A DNA stretch of 58,166 nt, taken from a virus. Its lineage: Duplodnaviria; Caudoviricetes. Location: IMG/VR virus record IMGVR_UViG_3300010371_000006, positions 1 through 58,166 of that record; one strand, 5' to 3'. A program made the position numbers and the translations under genes. Numbering within the stretch: the first letter of the stretch is position 1; each line of letters opens with the position of its first letter. The notes under the pieces were generated by a model. That model was given only the letters and a program-made list of their open reading frames with translations, made no database searches and had not been told where the DNA came from. Below are positions 34,435 through 43,738 of the stretch, piece after piece.

Positions 34435-37241
34435 TAGAATGCTCCCAAGTTGGCGAGTGACTGCAGTTTCTTGGTGGTAGAACTTGCCGCGTATTCTGCA
34501 GTCGGATTGAAGACGTTGACCTCGAGCACCTTGGTCGGCTGACCCCCCACACCGTTGGCGAATGCGGTGGTAGAGGCGGTCTGCCATCCAGGCACGGAGA
34601 CTGCGCCCGAGACTCCGATCTGCTTGAGCTGACTCTGCTGGTTCGCAGCGAGCTGGCGTAGAGCAGCCTGAGAGTTCAGCGAAGCCTGTAGCACGGGGTT
34701 GCTATTCTTCAGGTCGTTGCCCAGCCCGTGTATCTGACGGACGTACCGGTCGATGTTGCGGGTCTCATCGTCCATGCACTTACTGATCTGCACCATCTGC
34801 TTCTCAATGAAGGATGGGGAGTTGATCCCAAGACCCTTCTTGAAGCCATCCCACAGACTGCCGGCGAAGTTCTTCGCTGACTGGAACGCGCTAGAGACCC
34901 AGCCTTCGATGGTGTTGATCACGTTGTTCATGATGTTCCACATCAGCGACGGCAGCTGGCTGATCCAATTGACGATGCCACTGACGATGTTGCTACCGAT
35001 GCTCTCTGCATCGGTGATCATGCGCAGACCGATGTTGACGAAGTCGTTGTACGCGGTCGTGGCGAAGTTGACGATCTCGCCAGGCAGCTTCTCGAAGAAG
35101 TTGATGACAGCGTTCAGAACATCCGACCCCCACTGCCGGGTGTCGTTCAACATACGGACCTGGAAGTTGATCCATGCGTTGAACGCGGCGGTGGCGAAGC
35201 TGGCGATGTATCCTGGCAATCTCTCGAAGAAGCCGATGATCGCGTTCAGGATGTCGGAGCCCCACTGTCGAGCATCCTCGATCATGCGAATCTGGAAGGC
35301 GACCCAGTCGTGGTACAGATCCTCAGCGTACTGCATGATGCGGCCGGGCAGCTTCTCGAAGAAGTTGACGATCGCCTGGGCCAGATCTTGCATGCCTGTG
35401 TTGATAGCTTCGACCAGCTCGATGTTCCACCGAAGCAGGCGACCCAGGGCGAAGCCCAGCCAGTAGGCGAACTGATCAGGCAGCTTGCCTAGTTCGGTGA
35501 TGATCGCCTTACCAAAGTTCTCCATACCAGTGAGGGCGTCGCTGCCCATCCGCTCGAAGAACTTGGTGATCGTGCCGCCGAACCTATCCCACAGCAGCTT
35601 ACCGATTTCACCGATGGGGTCGAGGATGAACCCGACAATCGTCTCCCAGTGCTTCTTCAGCCAGTCTAGGGCAGTGTCGAACACCTTCTCGACTGCGTGG
35701 AGAGCGTCTTCGAAGTACTGAGGAACCTTCTTGAACCAGTTGACCGTGGCTTCGAAGGCGGTCTTGAACGCATGACCTATGTCGTTGATGATGTTTCGGA
35801 AGGCCTGACAGTGCTCATACAGCTCGTAGAATGCGACCGCCAGCGCGATCACGGCTACTACGATCAGCACGATCGGGTTCTCCAACAGAGCCACGGAGAG
35901 AGTTCGGACCATGGTGATCAGACTCTTGCCCACACCCCAGAGAAACTTCATCGCCTCGCTCAAGTCCTGGATCGTCTTCCAGAGCTTGAGACCTATGGAG
36001 ATGGTCTTGCCCACGATACCAAGGAACAACGCCAGCCCGGCGACGATGGCGAGAACGTGGATGATGAGAGTCTGTGTCTGGGGCGACAGCTTGGCGAAGC
36101 CCTGCACCACTCCGGTGATCGCCTTGACGATTCCGTTGAGGAAGTTCTGCAGCGGCTGACCTGCGGTGATGGCCATCGTCTTCAGCGACGAGGTCAAGAT
36201 CTTCAGGCTGCCCTGGAGGTTGTCCATTCGCTTGGCTGCGACGTCAGCGGCGGTGGTCTTGTTGATCGCCGCGTTCATCGTGTCGAAGCCCTTGGCTCCG
36301 GCCTTGGTCAGGATCTCCGCGCCGGCGAGAGCTCGAGAGTTGAAGATGGTCTTCAGAGCGGCAGTCTGCTGCTCAGCCCCCATCTTCGAGGTCGCGTTCT
36401 GCAGAATCTGGAAGACTTGCCCCAGCGATTTAGCTGTACCGTTCGCGTTGAACAGCTGGTTGGTGCCGTTCTTCGTGATGATGCCGAGCTTCTGCAGCTC
36501 AGCGGATGCAGCCTTAGTGGGGGCAGTCAGCTGCAGGAACATCTGCCGAAGTTCAGTACCGCCCATCGAACCCTGGATGCCTGCTCGACCCATCAGGGTC
36601 AGGGCGGTCGTGGTGTCACTCATCGAGACGTGAAGAGTGTCAGCGACCGCGCCGGCATACTTCATTGAGGTCGCCAAGTCGTCCACAGATAGGACCGAGT
36701 TGTTGCTTGCGCCGGCGAGCTCGTTCGCCACCATCTGTGCGTCAGACGCCTTCAGATTGAAGGCGGACATGATGGTAACAACATCCTTGGTGGCGTTAGC
36801 CAGGGGAATCTGTGCGGCCTGTGCGAGGTTGGTGCACGCGTCAGCCACACCGCCGAGGATGTCCTTGGTGGACTCACCCGACTTCGCCAGCTGCGTGAAC
36901 ATCTGAGCGATGTCCTCTGTGGAGAACATCGTCGTCTGGTCGAGCTGGATCGCCTTCTGACGGATAGCCTCCATCTGAGACTGTGTCGCATTAGACACAG
37001 CCTGGAAGTAGTCCATCTCGGCGTTGAACTTGGCCGCTTGGTCAGCAGCATATCCCAGGGCGCCGGCGATCGCTATGCCGAAGCCGAGGAACATGTTGCT
37101 GACCTCGCCGATGGTCTTGCTCGAGCGCGTCAGGGCGCTCATCGTGGAGGCGTTCGCAGATCGGGCCGCAGCGTATGCGGCGACAGCCTGGGATACGTCA
37201 ACCTTCAGCTGACCAGTAACTGTCCCCAGCAGATTAGCCAC
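34434..37241 (-). CDS. Tape measure protein (TP901-like core)
   Basis: GIQGSMGGTELR, MDNLQGSL; 44-aa repeats containing NFFEKLPG; GINSPS. Confidence 0.93.
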   Translation of the reverse strand: MANLLGTVTGQLKVDVSQAVAAYAAARSANASTMSALTRSSKTIGEVSNMFLGFGIAIAGALGYAADQAAKFNAEMDYFQAVSNATQSQMEAIRQKAIQLDQTTMFSTEDIAQMFTQLAKSGESTKDILGGVADACTNLAQAAQIPLANATKDVVTIMSAFNLKASDAQMVANELAGASNNSVLSVDDLATSMKYAGAVADTLHVSMSDTTTALTLMGRAGIQGSMGGTELRQMFLQLTAPTKAASAELQKLGIITKNGTNQLFNANGTAKSLGQVFQILQNATSKMGAEQQTAALKTIFNSRALAGAEILTKAGAKGFDTMNAAINKTTAADVAAKRMDNLQGSLKILTSSLKTMAITAGQPLQNFLNGIVKAITGVVQGFAKLSPQTQTLIIHVLAIVAGLALFLGIVGKTISIGLKLWKTIQDLSEAMKFLWGVGKSLITMVRTLSVALLENPIVLIVVAVIALAVAFYELYEHCQAFRNIINDIGHAFKTAFEATVNWFKKVPQYFEDALHAVEKVFDTALDWLKKHWETIVGFILDPIGEIGKLLWDRFGGTITKFFERMGSDALTGMENFGKAIITELGKLPDQFAYWLGFALGRLLRWNIELVEAINTGMQDLAQAIVNFFEKLPGRIMQYAEDLYHDWVAFQIRMIEDARQWGSDILNAIIGFFERLPGYIASFATAAFNAWINFQVRMLNDTRQWGSDVLNAVINFFEKLPGEIVNFATTAYNDFVNIGLRMITDAESIGSNIVSGIVNWISQLPSLMWNIMNNVINTIEGWVSSAFQSAKNFAGSLWDGFKKGLGINSPSFIEKQMVQISKCMDDETRNIDRYVRQIHGLGNDLKNSNPVLQASLNSQAALRQLAANQQSQLKQIGVSGAVSVPGWQTASTTAFANGVGGQPTKVLEVNVFNPTAEYAASSTTKKLQSLANLGAF

Positions 37242-37251
37242 GGTCCACCTC

Positions 37252-37552
37252 CTATGCCTTGGCACCGCCAAACATCAGTGCAGGGTCTGCGTACAGCCCC
37301 GGCGTCGGGGCACTTTCTGGGGTCTTGAAGTATTTGTCGAAGACCCTCTGGCGGTTCCTCAGCAGATCGTTGCCGCTTCCTTCGCATTGGTTGAGCTCGC
37401 TCTCAACCATGTTGCCGAAGTAGCTGACGGCCTCGTCGAGGCAGTACCTTACGTATGGATCACTTAGCGCGAGGAGGTCGCTTGGCCGGCTTGACCACGT
37501 TTTCGCGTTGTTGTACAAGATCCACACCTGCGGCAAGTTCTCCACGAAAGGA
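37252..37552 (-). CDS. Tail assembly chaperone frameshift extension (G-T fusion part)
   Basis: Open frame +1 relative to the chaperone gene, entered at TCC-TTT-CGT (37552-37544). Confidence 0.65.
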
Positions 37553-37984
37553 TTCGAGGTCCGTGGTACCTCCTGTCGCGATCGTGAAGATGTACATCTT
37601 GTCGGCGTCCTCGAGCTCGTCGATGTAGAGCAGATCGTCGTCCCGGTCGTCCTCGTCATCGGGAATCGGGTGGCACTTGGGCTCGATCATGAGCACCATG
37701 ACCACCGTGTCGACGATGTCGAACATGCTTTTCAGCTGTTCGGGGTTCTCCAGAAGGTCGTGCATGACCTCCTCCTCTGTACCCCCTTGACGAGCGACGG
37801 AGATGGAGTTGATCACACTCAGCAGCGAGTTGGGAATCTGGCCGCTGATGATGAAGCTCTGCAGGGACTTGTGGCTCAGTTTCACGACCTGGCCCGAAGG
37901 CAGCTCGACGTCGCGACCCCTGTTCTTCTTCTTGAAATCCGCGGCGGAACTTGTCTTCTTCGGGATGTTGTTACGGGCAGGCAT
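37460..37984 (-). CDS. Tail assembly chaperone
   Basis: Between the major tail and tape measure genes; VELPSG. Confidence 0.8.
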   Translation of the reverse strand: MPARNNIPKKTSSAADFKKKNRGRDVELPSGQVVKLSHKSLQSFIISGQIPNSLLSVINSISVARQGGTEEEVMHDLLENPEQLKSMFDIVDTVVMVLMIEPKCHPIPDDEDDRDDDLLYIDELEDADKMYIFTIATGGTTDLESFRGELAAGVDLVQQRENVVKPAKRPPRAK

Positions 37985-38018
37985 TGGTCCTCCTGGGGAT
38001 CAGCCGGTGAGCGAGTTG

Positions 38019-38564
38019 TTACGAGGCGATCGCGGTGACCGTCTCGTTCTGGATGAAGTCGTACAGCTTCAGGTCGCCGCCCTCCTGGACGTTGCCGAAG
38101 CCGGTGCCGGTGGCCTTGGAGACGAGGAACTTCGAGTTGGCCATGGAGCCGTCGAAGCCGCCGTCCGCCTTGCAGCGGTAGACCACGCCGTGGAAGTCGC
38201 CACCGGAGTCGGAGATCGCCTGGCCCTCGACCTGGAAGTACGGTCGCTGGTCGAGCGCACCCTTGGTGTAGGTCTTGATCTGGTTGGGCGTGGTGCCGGA
38301 TAGGGTGACCGTGCCACCCATGATGACCGCGTAGGCCTCGAGCGAGATGCCGCCGGACTCCAGCTCCCAGGTGACGGTCGGACCTCCACCGTGACTGGCG
38401 AGGTTCAGGTCGTCGCCCTTCAGGATCTCGAAGGTCTCGGCCTCCTTGAAGCTGAAGGTCTGGGCCGCCGGCAAGTCCACACCTGCGCCGAGGTTGCCGG
38501 CGTCGTCGATCGGGTAGACCTTGACGTCACGCAGTCCGAACGGGAGGGACTGTCCCAGGGTCAT
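38019..38564 (-). CDS. Major tail protein
   Basis: PFGLRDVKVY, GDD, RPYF; position and strong codon bias. Confidence 0.85.
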   Translation of the reverse strand: MTLGQSLPFGLRDVKVYPIDDAGNLGAGVDLPAAQTFSFKEAETFEILKGDDLNLASHGGGPTVTWELESGGISLEAYAVIMGGTVTLSGTTPNQIKTYTKGALDQRPYFQVEGQAISDSGGDFHGVVYRCKADGGFDGSMANSKFLVSKATGTGFGNVQEGGDLKLYDFIQNETVTAIAS

Positions 38565-38760
38565 GTCGACCCTCCTTTCTTGTTGCGGGGTCGCGGAACT
38601 GCCGGGTGTGAAGCAGCTTGCCAGTGTCGAGCGAGAAGGTGTGGAGGGCTATCACTCCTGGCCCGTGTCCACACCCTCGGCGCTTGCACTTGACCTCGAG
38701 CACGCGACTCTCGAGGTCGATGCGTGCGTGCATCGTTCCCGGACATCTCAATTCAATCAT
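38527..38760 (-). CDS. Small zinc-ribbon protein (Com-like signature)
   Basis: ELRC...H...LEVKCKRRGCG. Confidence 0.55.
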   Translation of the reverse strand: MIELRCPGTMHARIDLESRVLEVKCKRRGCGHGPGVIALHTFSLDTGKLLHTRQFRDPATRKEGRHDPGTVPPVRTA

Positions 38761-38883
38761 CGGATCTCCTAAGCGCTCGGGTATCGTCGCGCGCTCGATG
38801 ACTCGACGATCAGGTGCCGACATGACGAGAGGCGCTTCCCAGGCCGTCCTAGGTAGCACCCCTCGTCAATCGATCGCGTGCGA

Positions 38884-39333
38884 TCAGTTGGTGCCGGTGT
38901 CCGGCTGGTCGGCCGCGACGGCCGTGGTCGCCGGCGTCTCCACCGGGGCAGCCACGTTCTCCCCGACGGTCTCGGCGTCGGTCTCCGGCTCGGCGGTCGG
39001 CAGGGAGGTGCCGTCGGTCGGAGTCGTGCCCGCCGGCGACGAGTCGCCCGGGCCGGCGCCCTCGGTGACCGGGTTGGTCACGTTGGCCAGGTCCTCGTCC
39101 GCCGCCTCGTCGTCGGCCAGCACGTGGAACTCGGCCGAGAGGGTCGGGTGGCTGGCGATGAAGTGGGCCAGGCCGGTCTCGAGCTCGTGTACCGCGTTCT
39201 TGGCGAAGGTCAGGACCGAGTTGCCGGAGAGCGACTTGAGGTCCTCCTCGGTGGCACCGATGTTCTTGAGATCTTCGGTGGTGAACACCCGCTTGGCGGC
39301 GTCGCCGATGTACTTGATCAGGTTGAAGCTCAT
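38884..39333 (-). CDS. Hypothetical protein with low-complexity acidic tail
   Basis: Strong GC3 bias; inside the structural operon. Confidence 0.7.
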   Translation of the reverse strand: MSFNLIKYIGDAAKRVFTTEDLKNIGATEEDLKSLSGNSVLTFAKNAVHELETGLAHFIASHPTLSAEFHVLADDEAADEDLANVTNPVTEGAGPGDSSPAGTTPTDGTSLPTAEPETDAETVGENVAAPVETPATTAVAADQPDTGTN

Positions 39334-39346
39334 GGGATCTCTTTTT

Positions 39347-39766
39347 CTACTGGGACTGGATCAGTTGGTATCGACTGTACCTCACGACCGTGTCCATGGT
39401 GTGGTCGTCCATGTCATCACTGGTCTCAAGGAACTTCACAGCCATTATATGCGCGTCGGTCGAAGTTTGATCCGTCCTCAGCGCATCCTTCACCAGACTC
39501 AGCACCTGATCGACCTGGACATAACTGGGTCGAGCATCGTGGCACCAGACCTCGAGAAACTGACGGTGGGGCCGGAAGGCGATGTCTGGATCGTCGAACT
39601 GCTGCTCGTCGCTGTCGGTGCCGAACTTGAGCACCAGAAACGGCCGCTGAATCTGAGCGGTCATAGCGCTCTGGCCCGGTAAGATGGATGACGGCGGCAC
39701 TATCTCAGTGAGCGCCTGACTTGCGCAAAGCGTCTGATAGACCCATTGACGGGCGGTAGCCATCAT
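39347..39766 (-). CDS. Tail terminator-like protein
   Basis: RPFLV, EVWCHD; position. Confidence 0.7.
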   Translation of the reverse strand: MMATARQWVYQTLCASQALTEIVPPSSILPGQSAMTAQIQRPFLVLKFGTDSDEQQFDDPDIAFRPHRQFLEVWCHDARPSYVQVDQVLSLVKDALRTDQTSTDAHIMAVKFLETSDDMDDHTMDTVVRYSRYQLIQSQ

Positions 39767-40128
39767 TCACCTCCTGAGCTGAGTTGAGCATGTAGTTCCT
39801 CGAGAAGAGGAAGCGAGTAGTCTTGAAGAGTCGGCATGATGATCGAGAAGTTGCCGCTCTGAATAACCTCCAGCCAAAGCCCGTACTCAACCGTGTGGTA
39901 GAGCTGCATGTACAGCATCCCGGAGTCGCCGTCGACGTTCACGCTGAGGCCGTTGCGCGCGTCGCCAGTTCGATCCTCCCAAGGCGCGTTGGCCTTCGCG
40001 TAGTCGAGCGACTTCCGAGCAACTTCCTCTAGCAGCTCTTTGGCCTGCTCGACAACCTCCACGTCAGCTTCTGCCAGGCCGATGGTCAGCGAGTCTTGCA
40101 GCACGAAGAACCCGCTCAGCCCGGCCAT
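39763..40128 (-). CDS. Neck protein (HK97 gp10-like)
   Basis: NAPWEDRTGDAR, VEYGLWLE. Confidence 0.75.
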   Translation of the reverse strand: MAGLSGFFVLQDSLTIGLAEADVEVVEQAKELLEEVARKSLDYAKANAPWEDRTGDARNGLSVNVDGDSGMLYMQLYHTVEYGLWLEVIQSGNFSIIMPTLQDYSLPLLEELHAQLSSGGE

Positions 40129-40544
40129 CAGGTCGCCTTGTCGCGGATCTCGATCAGGATCGTGAGACGGTCGGACATCTCGGGCAGCTCCGTCTTCGGT
40201 TCCACACCGATGACCTTCATCCAGGCATCGCCGAGCATGAACTCGTCGTAGCGTTGGACGTCGGCGTTGTACGCAGCGACCAGCGAATACTGGACGTTGG
40301 GCACGTCGCCGGCGGTGATCATGTCGGTCAGAGCAGCGAGCCGGCGCTTGTAAGGCACCAACCTCATCACCTGTGGAGCCACCGGGATGGTCGGCCCCTT
40401 CTTCCAGCCTCCCGCACCATCGTCGATACGGGAGTATCGCGTGAAGACGATCGTGACCGGGTCAGCGTTGATGTAGACCTGGAGATTACGCCGGCGAGCA
40501 CGCATCTCAATCGTCTGTTGTGCGGTGAGTACCATGACCACCAC
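40128..40544 (-). CDS. Head-to-tail stopper-like protein
   Basis: DDGAGGW; position. Confidence 0.65.
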   Translation of the reverse strand: MVVMVLTAQQTIEMRARRRNLQVYINADPVTIVFTRYSRIDDGAGGWKKGPTIPVAPQVMRLVPYKRRLAALTDMITAGDVPNVQYSLVAAYNADVQRYDEFMLGDAWMKVIGVEPKTELPEMSDRLTILIEIRDKAT

Positions 40545-40887
40545 CTACCAGGGCATAGTGCGTCGGTTGACGATCTGACGAGACCTGCCGATGTAGGCGT
40601 TGTTGTCAGGCTGGTTGGCCCAGTACTTCGCCTGAGAGTTGGCCTGGGTGTAGGCCTGGCTCATCTTGCGCTGTGAGTTACCCTCCACCACGTCAACCTG
40701 AGAGGCGAACCAGGCAGCCTTGACTCGCCAGGCGTTAGCGGTCGAGGCGTTGACGCTGTTGTTGTTCATGGTCAGGAAGGTTTGGATCTGGTCGTCGGTG
40801 AACATCGTGTCGGCGTCGGATCCCCCCGGGGGGATTGACTCGCCGCACTGCAGACGCACCAGATCCGCCGCCGACACGTCGCTCATG
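40545..40887 (-). CDS. Head-to-tail adaptor
   Basis: VRLQCGE...MFTDDQIQ...W..KA. Confidence 0.7.
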
Positions 40888-41226
40888 CTACTTGCTCGCC
40901 TTCTCGGCGTCGGCCGCCTGGAGCATCTCGATGAGCTTGCTCCGGTTGGACTTGGTGCCGGACTCGACCAGGCCACGCTGCTTGGCCTCGGCGAGCAGGT
41001 CCTTGGACTGCATCTCCGAGTACTGGATCACGCCGTCGCCGTTGTCCGGTTCGACCGTCTCGTCCTCTTCGACCTCGTCGTCCGGGCTGCCGGCCTGCTC
41101 CCACAGGGCCTGCGCCATCGGGTAGTCCGGGTGGTTCGAGAAGAACGAACCGTCGGGCCGACGGAACACCACGATCGGCTCGCCGTCGCGGTCCTTCAGA
41201 GCCGGAGGCTCCTTCATGTTAGCCAT
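40888..41226 (-). CDS. Hypothetical protein with a HeH/Rho-N-like C-terminus
   Basis: YSEMQSKDLLAEAKQRGL...KLIEML. Confidence 0.6.
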   Translation of the reverse strand: MANMKEPPALKDRDGEPIVVFRRPDGSFFSNHPDYPMAQALWEQAGSPDDEVEEDETVEPDNGDGVIQYSEMQSKDLLAEAKQRGLVESGTKSNRSKLIEMLQAADAEKASK

Positions 41227-41241
41227 GTTCAGTTACCTCCC

Positions 41242-42486
41242 TTACTGGTTGTACGCGGCCGGGACCGTGTAGGTGGTCGAGGTGGAGGCGACGAGCTGGA
41301 CGACGTAACCGCCCCCTCGCTGCCGGACGCCGGTGCCGAAGCCGCGGCGGTAGTGCGCCTCCTTCAGGGGGTAGGCGCCGTTGTCGCCGGCGACCAGCTG
41401 CAGACCGCCGAGCGCCGGGTTGATGTGCTCGCGGAAGCCGACGGGGTTGTTGATGTTGAGCTGACCGCCCGAGACCAGGGCCACGATGTAGCCGGCCGGG
41501 ATGTACGGCTCCTCGATGATGTGCCACGGGCCGTAAGTGCCGATCTCGCCCTGGACCGGGCTGCCGTCGGGACGACCGACGATGCCCATGGACGCCGGCA
41601 GGATCACGCCGCCACCCACGTGCTGCGACGGGATGAAGTCGTAGGTCGCGCCGTTCAGGACCTTGAACTTGCGGATGGCGACACCCTGGGCACGGTTCAC
41701 CCAGAGGACCAGGTCGTAGCCGTTCTGCAGCGTGTAGCCGTGGTTGTAGAAGTCCGACTCGAGGTCGTCCAGCGTCTGCGGCTGCAGCTGCGCGTTGTTG
41801 ACCTGCGAGGGCAGGCCGTAGGAGGTCGCGTAGTGGCTGTGGGAGCCGGTGAAGGTGATGTTCTTGTAGGTCGGCGGCACTTCGCCGTCGCCGTTGTAGA
41901 ACTTGTACACCGTCGTCGGGATGTTCTTGTCGGCGATTCCCACACCGTTGGCGCTGTTGAACACGGTCGACATGACCTTGTTGAACAGCAGCCGGTTGTC
42001 GGCCTCGAGCGCCATGTTCGTGTACTGGTCGATCTGGGCCCGGCCGGCCTCCGCGAGGAAGAGCCAGGTGTAGCGGATCGCCAGGTCGTAGAACTTGAAG
42101 TCGTAGCCACGGGTGTAGAAGCCTTGGCCCCGGATGCCCTTCGGCTTGCCGTACTCGGTCGCTTCCTCGAAGTCGACCTCGACCGGCACGCCGACGTAGT
42201 CGATGACGTCCGTCACCTGGAAGGTGAGGTAGTCGATCAGCCGGTCTCGCTGGCTGTTCCAGACCGAGAGGATCTGCTGGATCTCGGCCCAGATCTCGTT
42301 GATGTCCGAACCGTCGGCGGTCGGCACCAGGACGTCGGCGCGCTCGAGGGTACCGCCGTCGAAGCCTCGGACCATCAGGTCCTGCAGCGACTCCCCTTCC
42401 AGCATTCGCTGGAAGAGGTTCTTGCGGGTAACCGGGTTCGAGTAGACCACCGGCTCCTCGCCATACAGCAGAGGGATGTTGTCCAT
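41242..42486 (-). CDS. Major capsid protein
   Basis: 414 aa, follows scaffold and decoration genes; FEEATEYG; very strong codon bias. Confidence 0.88.
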   Translation of the reverse strand: MDNIPLLYGEEPVVYSNPVTRKNLFQRMLEGESLQDLMVRGFDGGTLERADVLVPTADGSDINEIWAEIQQILSVWNSQRDRLIDYLTFQVTDVIDYVGVPVEVDFEEATEYGKPKGIRGQGFYTRGYDFKFYDLAIRYTWLFLAEAGRAQIDQYTNMALEADNRLLFNKVMSTVFNSANGVGIADKNIPTTVYKFYNGDGEVPPTYKNITFTGSHSHYATSYGLPSQVNNAQLQPQTLDDLESDFYNHGYTLQNGYDLVLWVNRAQGVAIRKFKVLNGATYDFIPSQHVGGGVILPASMGIVGRPDGSPVQGEIGTYGPWHIIEEPYIPAGYIVALVSGGQLNINNPVGFREHINPALGGLQLVAGDNGAYPLKEAHYRRGFGTGVRQRGGGYVVQLVASTSTTYTVPAAYNQ

Positions 42487-42508
42487 GTTCGGCTACCTCC
42501 TTCCTTGG

Positions 42509-42967
42509 TTAGGAGCCCGCGACCTGGGCGAAGCCGGTGCGGACGATGAGTCGGGTGGCCTCGACGGTCCAGCCCACGAGGGGGCCGTCGGTCGAAGTCG
42601 CGGACAGGGTGCCGTCGGACTTGGCGTAGTACTTCGTCCCGGCCACGAGAGCGGTGCCGAGGATGATCTCGCCCGCCGTCATGATGTCGACGACGTTGCC
42701 CGCCTTGCCACCCATCGGGACCGCGGCGTTGACCTGGCCGGCGATGTTGCCCAGTCGCGGATACTGGGGCAGGTTCTTGACGAGGACTCCGACGAAGCCG
42801 GACGCGCCGGCGGTGCCGACCACGACCTGTCCGCTCGCGTTCAGCGAGACACCGACCGGGCCGTAGCCGCCGGAGGCGCTGATCGAGCCGCTCGGCAGGT
42901 CCGCAGCCAGCGGCGCTCGGAAGATGCCGACTTCGGGATTGACCTTGTCGTAGCGCGAGTCAGCCAT
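42509..42967 (-). CDS. Capsid decoration/minor capsid protein
   Basis: RYDK.NP..G.FRAPLAAD; Gly-rich beta protein upstream of the capsid gene. Confidence 0.7.
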   Translation of the reverse strand: MADSRYDKVNPEVGIFRAPLAADLPSGSISASGGYGPVGVSLNASGQVVVGTAGASGFVGVLVKNLPQYPRLGNIAGQVNAAVPMGGKAGNVVDIMTAGEIILGTALVAGTKYYAKSDGTLSATSTDGPLVGWTVEATRLIVRTGFAQVAGS

Positions 42968-42988
42968 CGTTCACCTACTTTCGTGTTG

Positions 42989-43735
42989 TTACCGAACGTT
43001 TCGCAGGGCGGGAAGGCGTTCCTTCCACCCGTTGACCGTCTCGGCGGGAGTGGGGGTCTTGCTGGCGTTCCCTGCCGGGCCGGAGAACTTGGAGCCACTC
43101 GGCCGTGTGGGAGTCTTGGGGGTGCCCTTGCCGTCGTCGTTCGCCGGCTTCAGGAAGTGGGGCTTGCGCTTGGCGAGATCCTTCAGTGCGGTCTTGATCT
43201 CGGACTCATCCCACACCACGTTGGACGGGTCGTCGTCGTCCTGCGCGTGGGTGATCAGGGACATGTCGAGCGCGGCCACCGCGTCGTCGGGATCGACGAA
43301 GTTGGAGGCCAGCTCGCGAACGGTGGTTCGGAAGGAGGTCTTCACGAATGCGGCGTTGAGCTTCTGGAGCTTCTCCTCAGCCGCTCGGGCAGCAGGGCTG
43401 CGTGACGCCTTGCCCTTGCCCTTCTCGGGCTCCTGCGGCTCTTCCTCGGGCTCCTCATCGCCTTCCCCGGTCGCGCCCTTCGATGCGGTCGCCTCACGCA
43501 GCCGCTTCTCGAGGTTCTTCGTCCGGAGTCGTTCGGCGGCGAGGGCCTTCTTTAGGCCGTCGTTGTCCGGCTCCTTGTCCGCGTCGGTCTCGCCACCTTC
43601 ACCGGGATCACCCTCGGTTCCGGTACCGCCCTGCGGGTCCTCGTCTTCGTAGCCGATGAGCATCACGCTCTTGAGCCACAGGGCGAGCTCACTCTTAGGA
43701 AGCATCACGCTTCTCCTTCCTGGCCTAGGCATCAC
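42989..43735 (-). CDS. Scaffolding protein
   Basis: Acidic and coiled-coil; LKKALAAER, KPHFLK. Confidence 0.8.
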   Translation of the reverse strand: MMPRPGRRSVMLPKSELALWLKSVMLIGYEDEDPQGGTGTEGDPGEGGETDADKEPDNDGLKKALAAERLRTKNLEKRLREATASKGATGEGDEEPEEEPQEPEKGKGKASRSPAARAAEEKLQKLNAAFVKTSFRTTVRELASNFVDPDDAVAALDMSLITHAQDDDDPSNVVWDESEIKTALKDLAKRKPHFLKPANDDGKGTPKTPTRPSGSKFSGPAGNASKTPTPAETVNGWKERLPALRNVR

Positions 43736-43738
43736 GCC

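Noticed and set aside
34900-35400. Tandem 132-bp repeats
   Set aside because: They encode the 44-aa (4 x 11) repeats typical of tape measure proteins.
38527-38760. Mu Com/Mom-like modification module
   Set aside because: A Com-like zinc ribbon is present, but no mom-like gene was recognised and it sits among tail genes.
40720-42549. 609-aa plus-strand ORF and many similar antisense or alternate-frame ORFs
   Set aside because: Shadow ORFs of GC3-biased genes (here the capsid gene), with no RBS or recognisable motifs.
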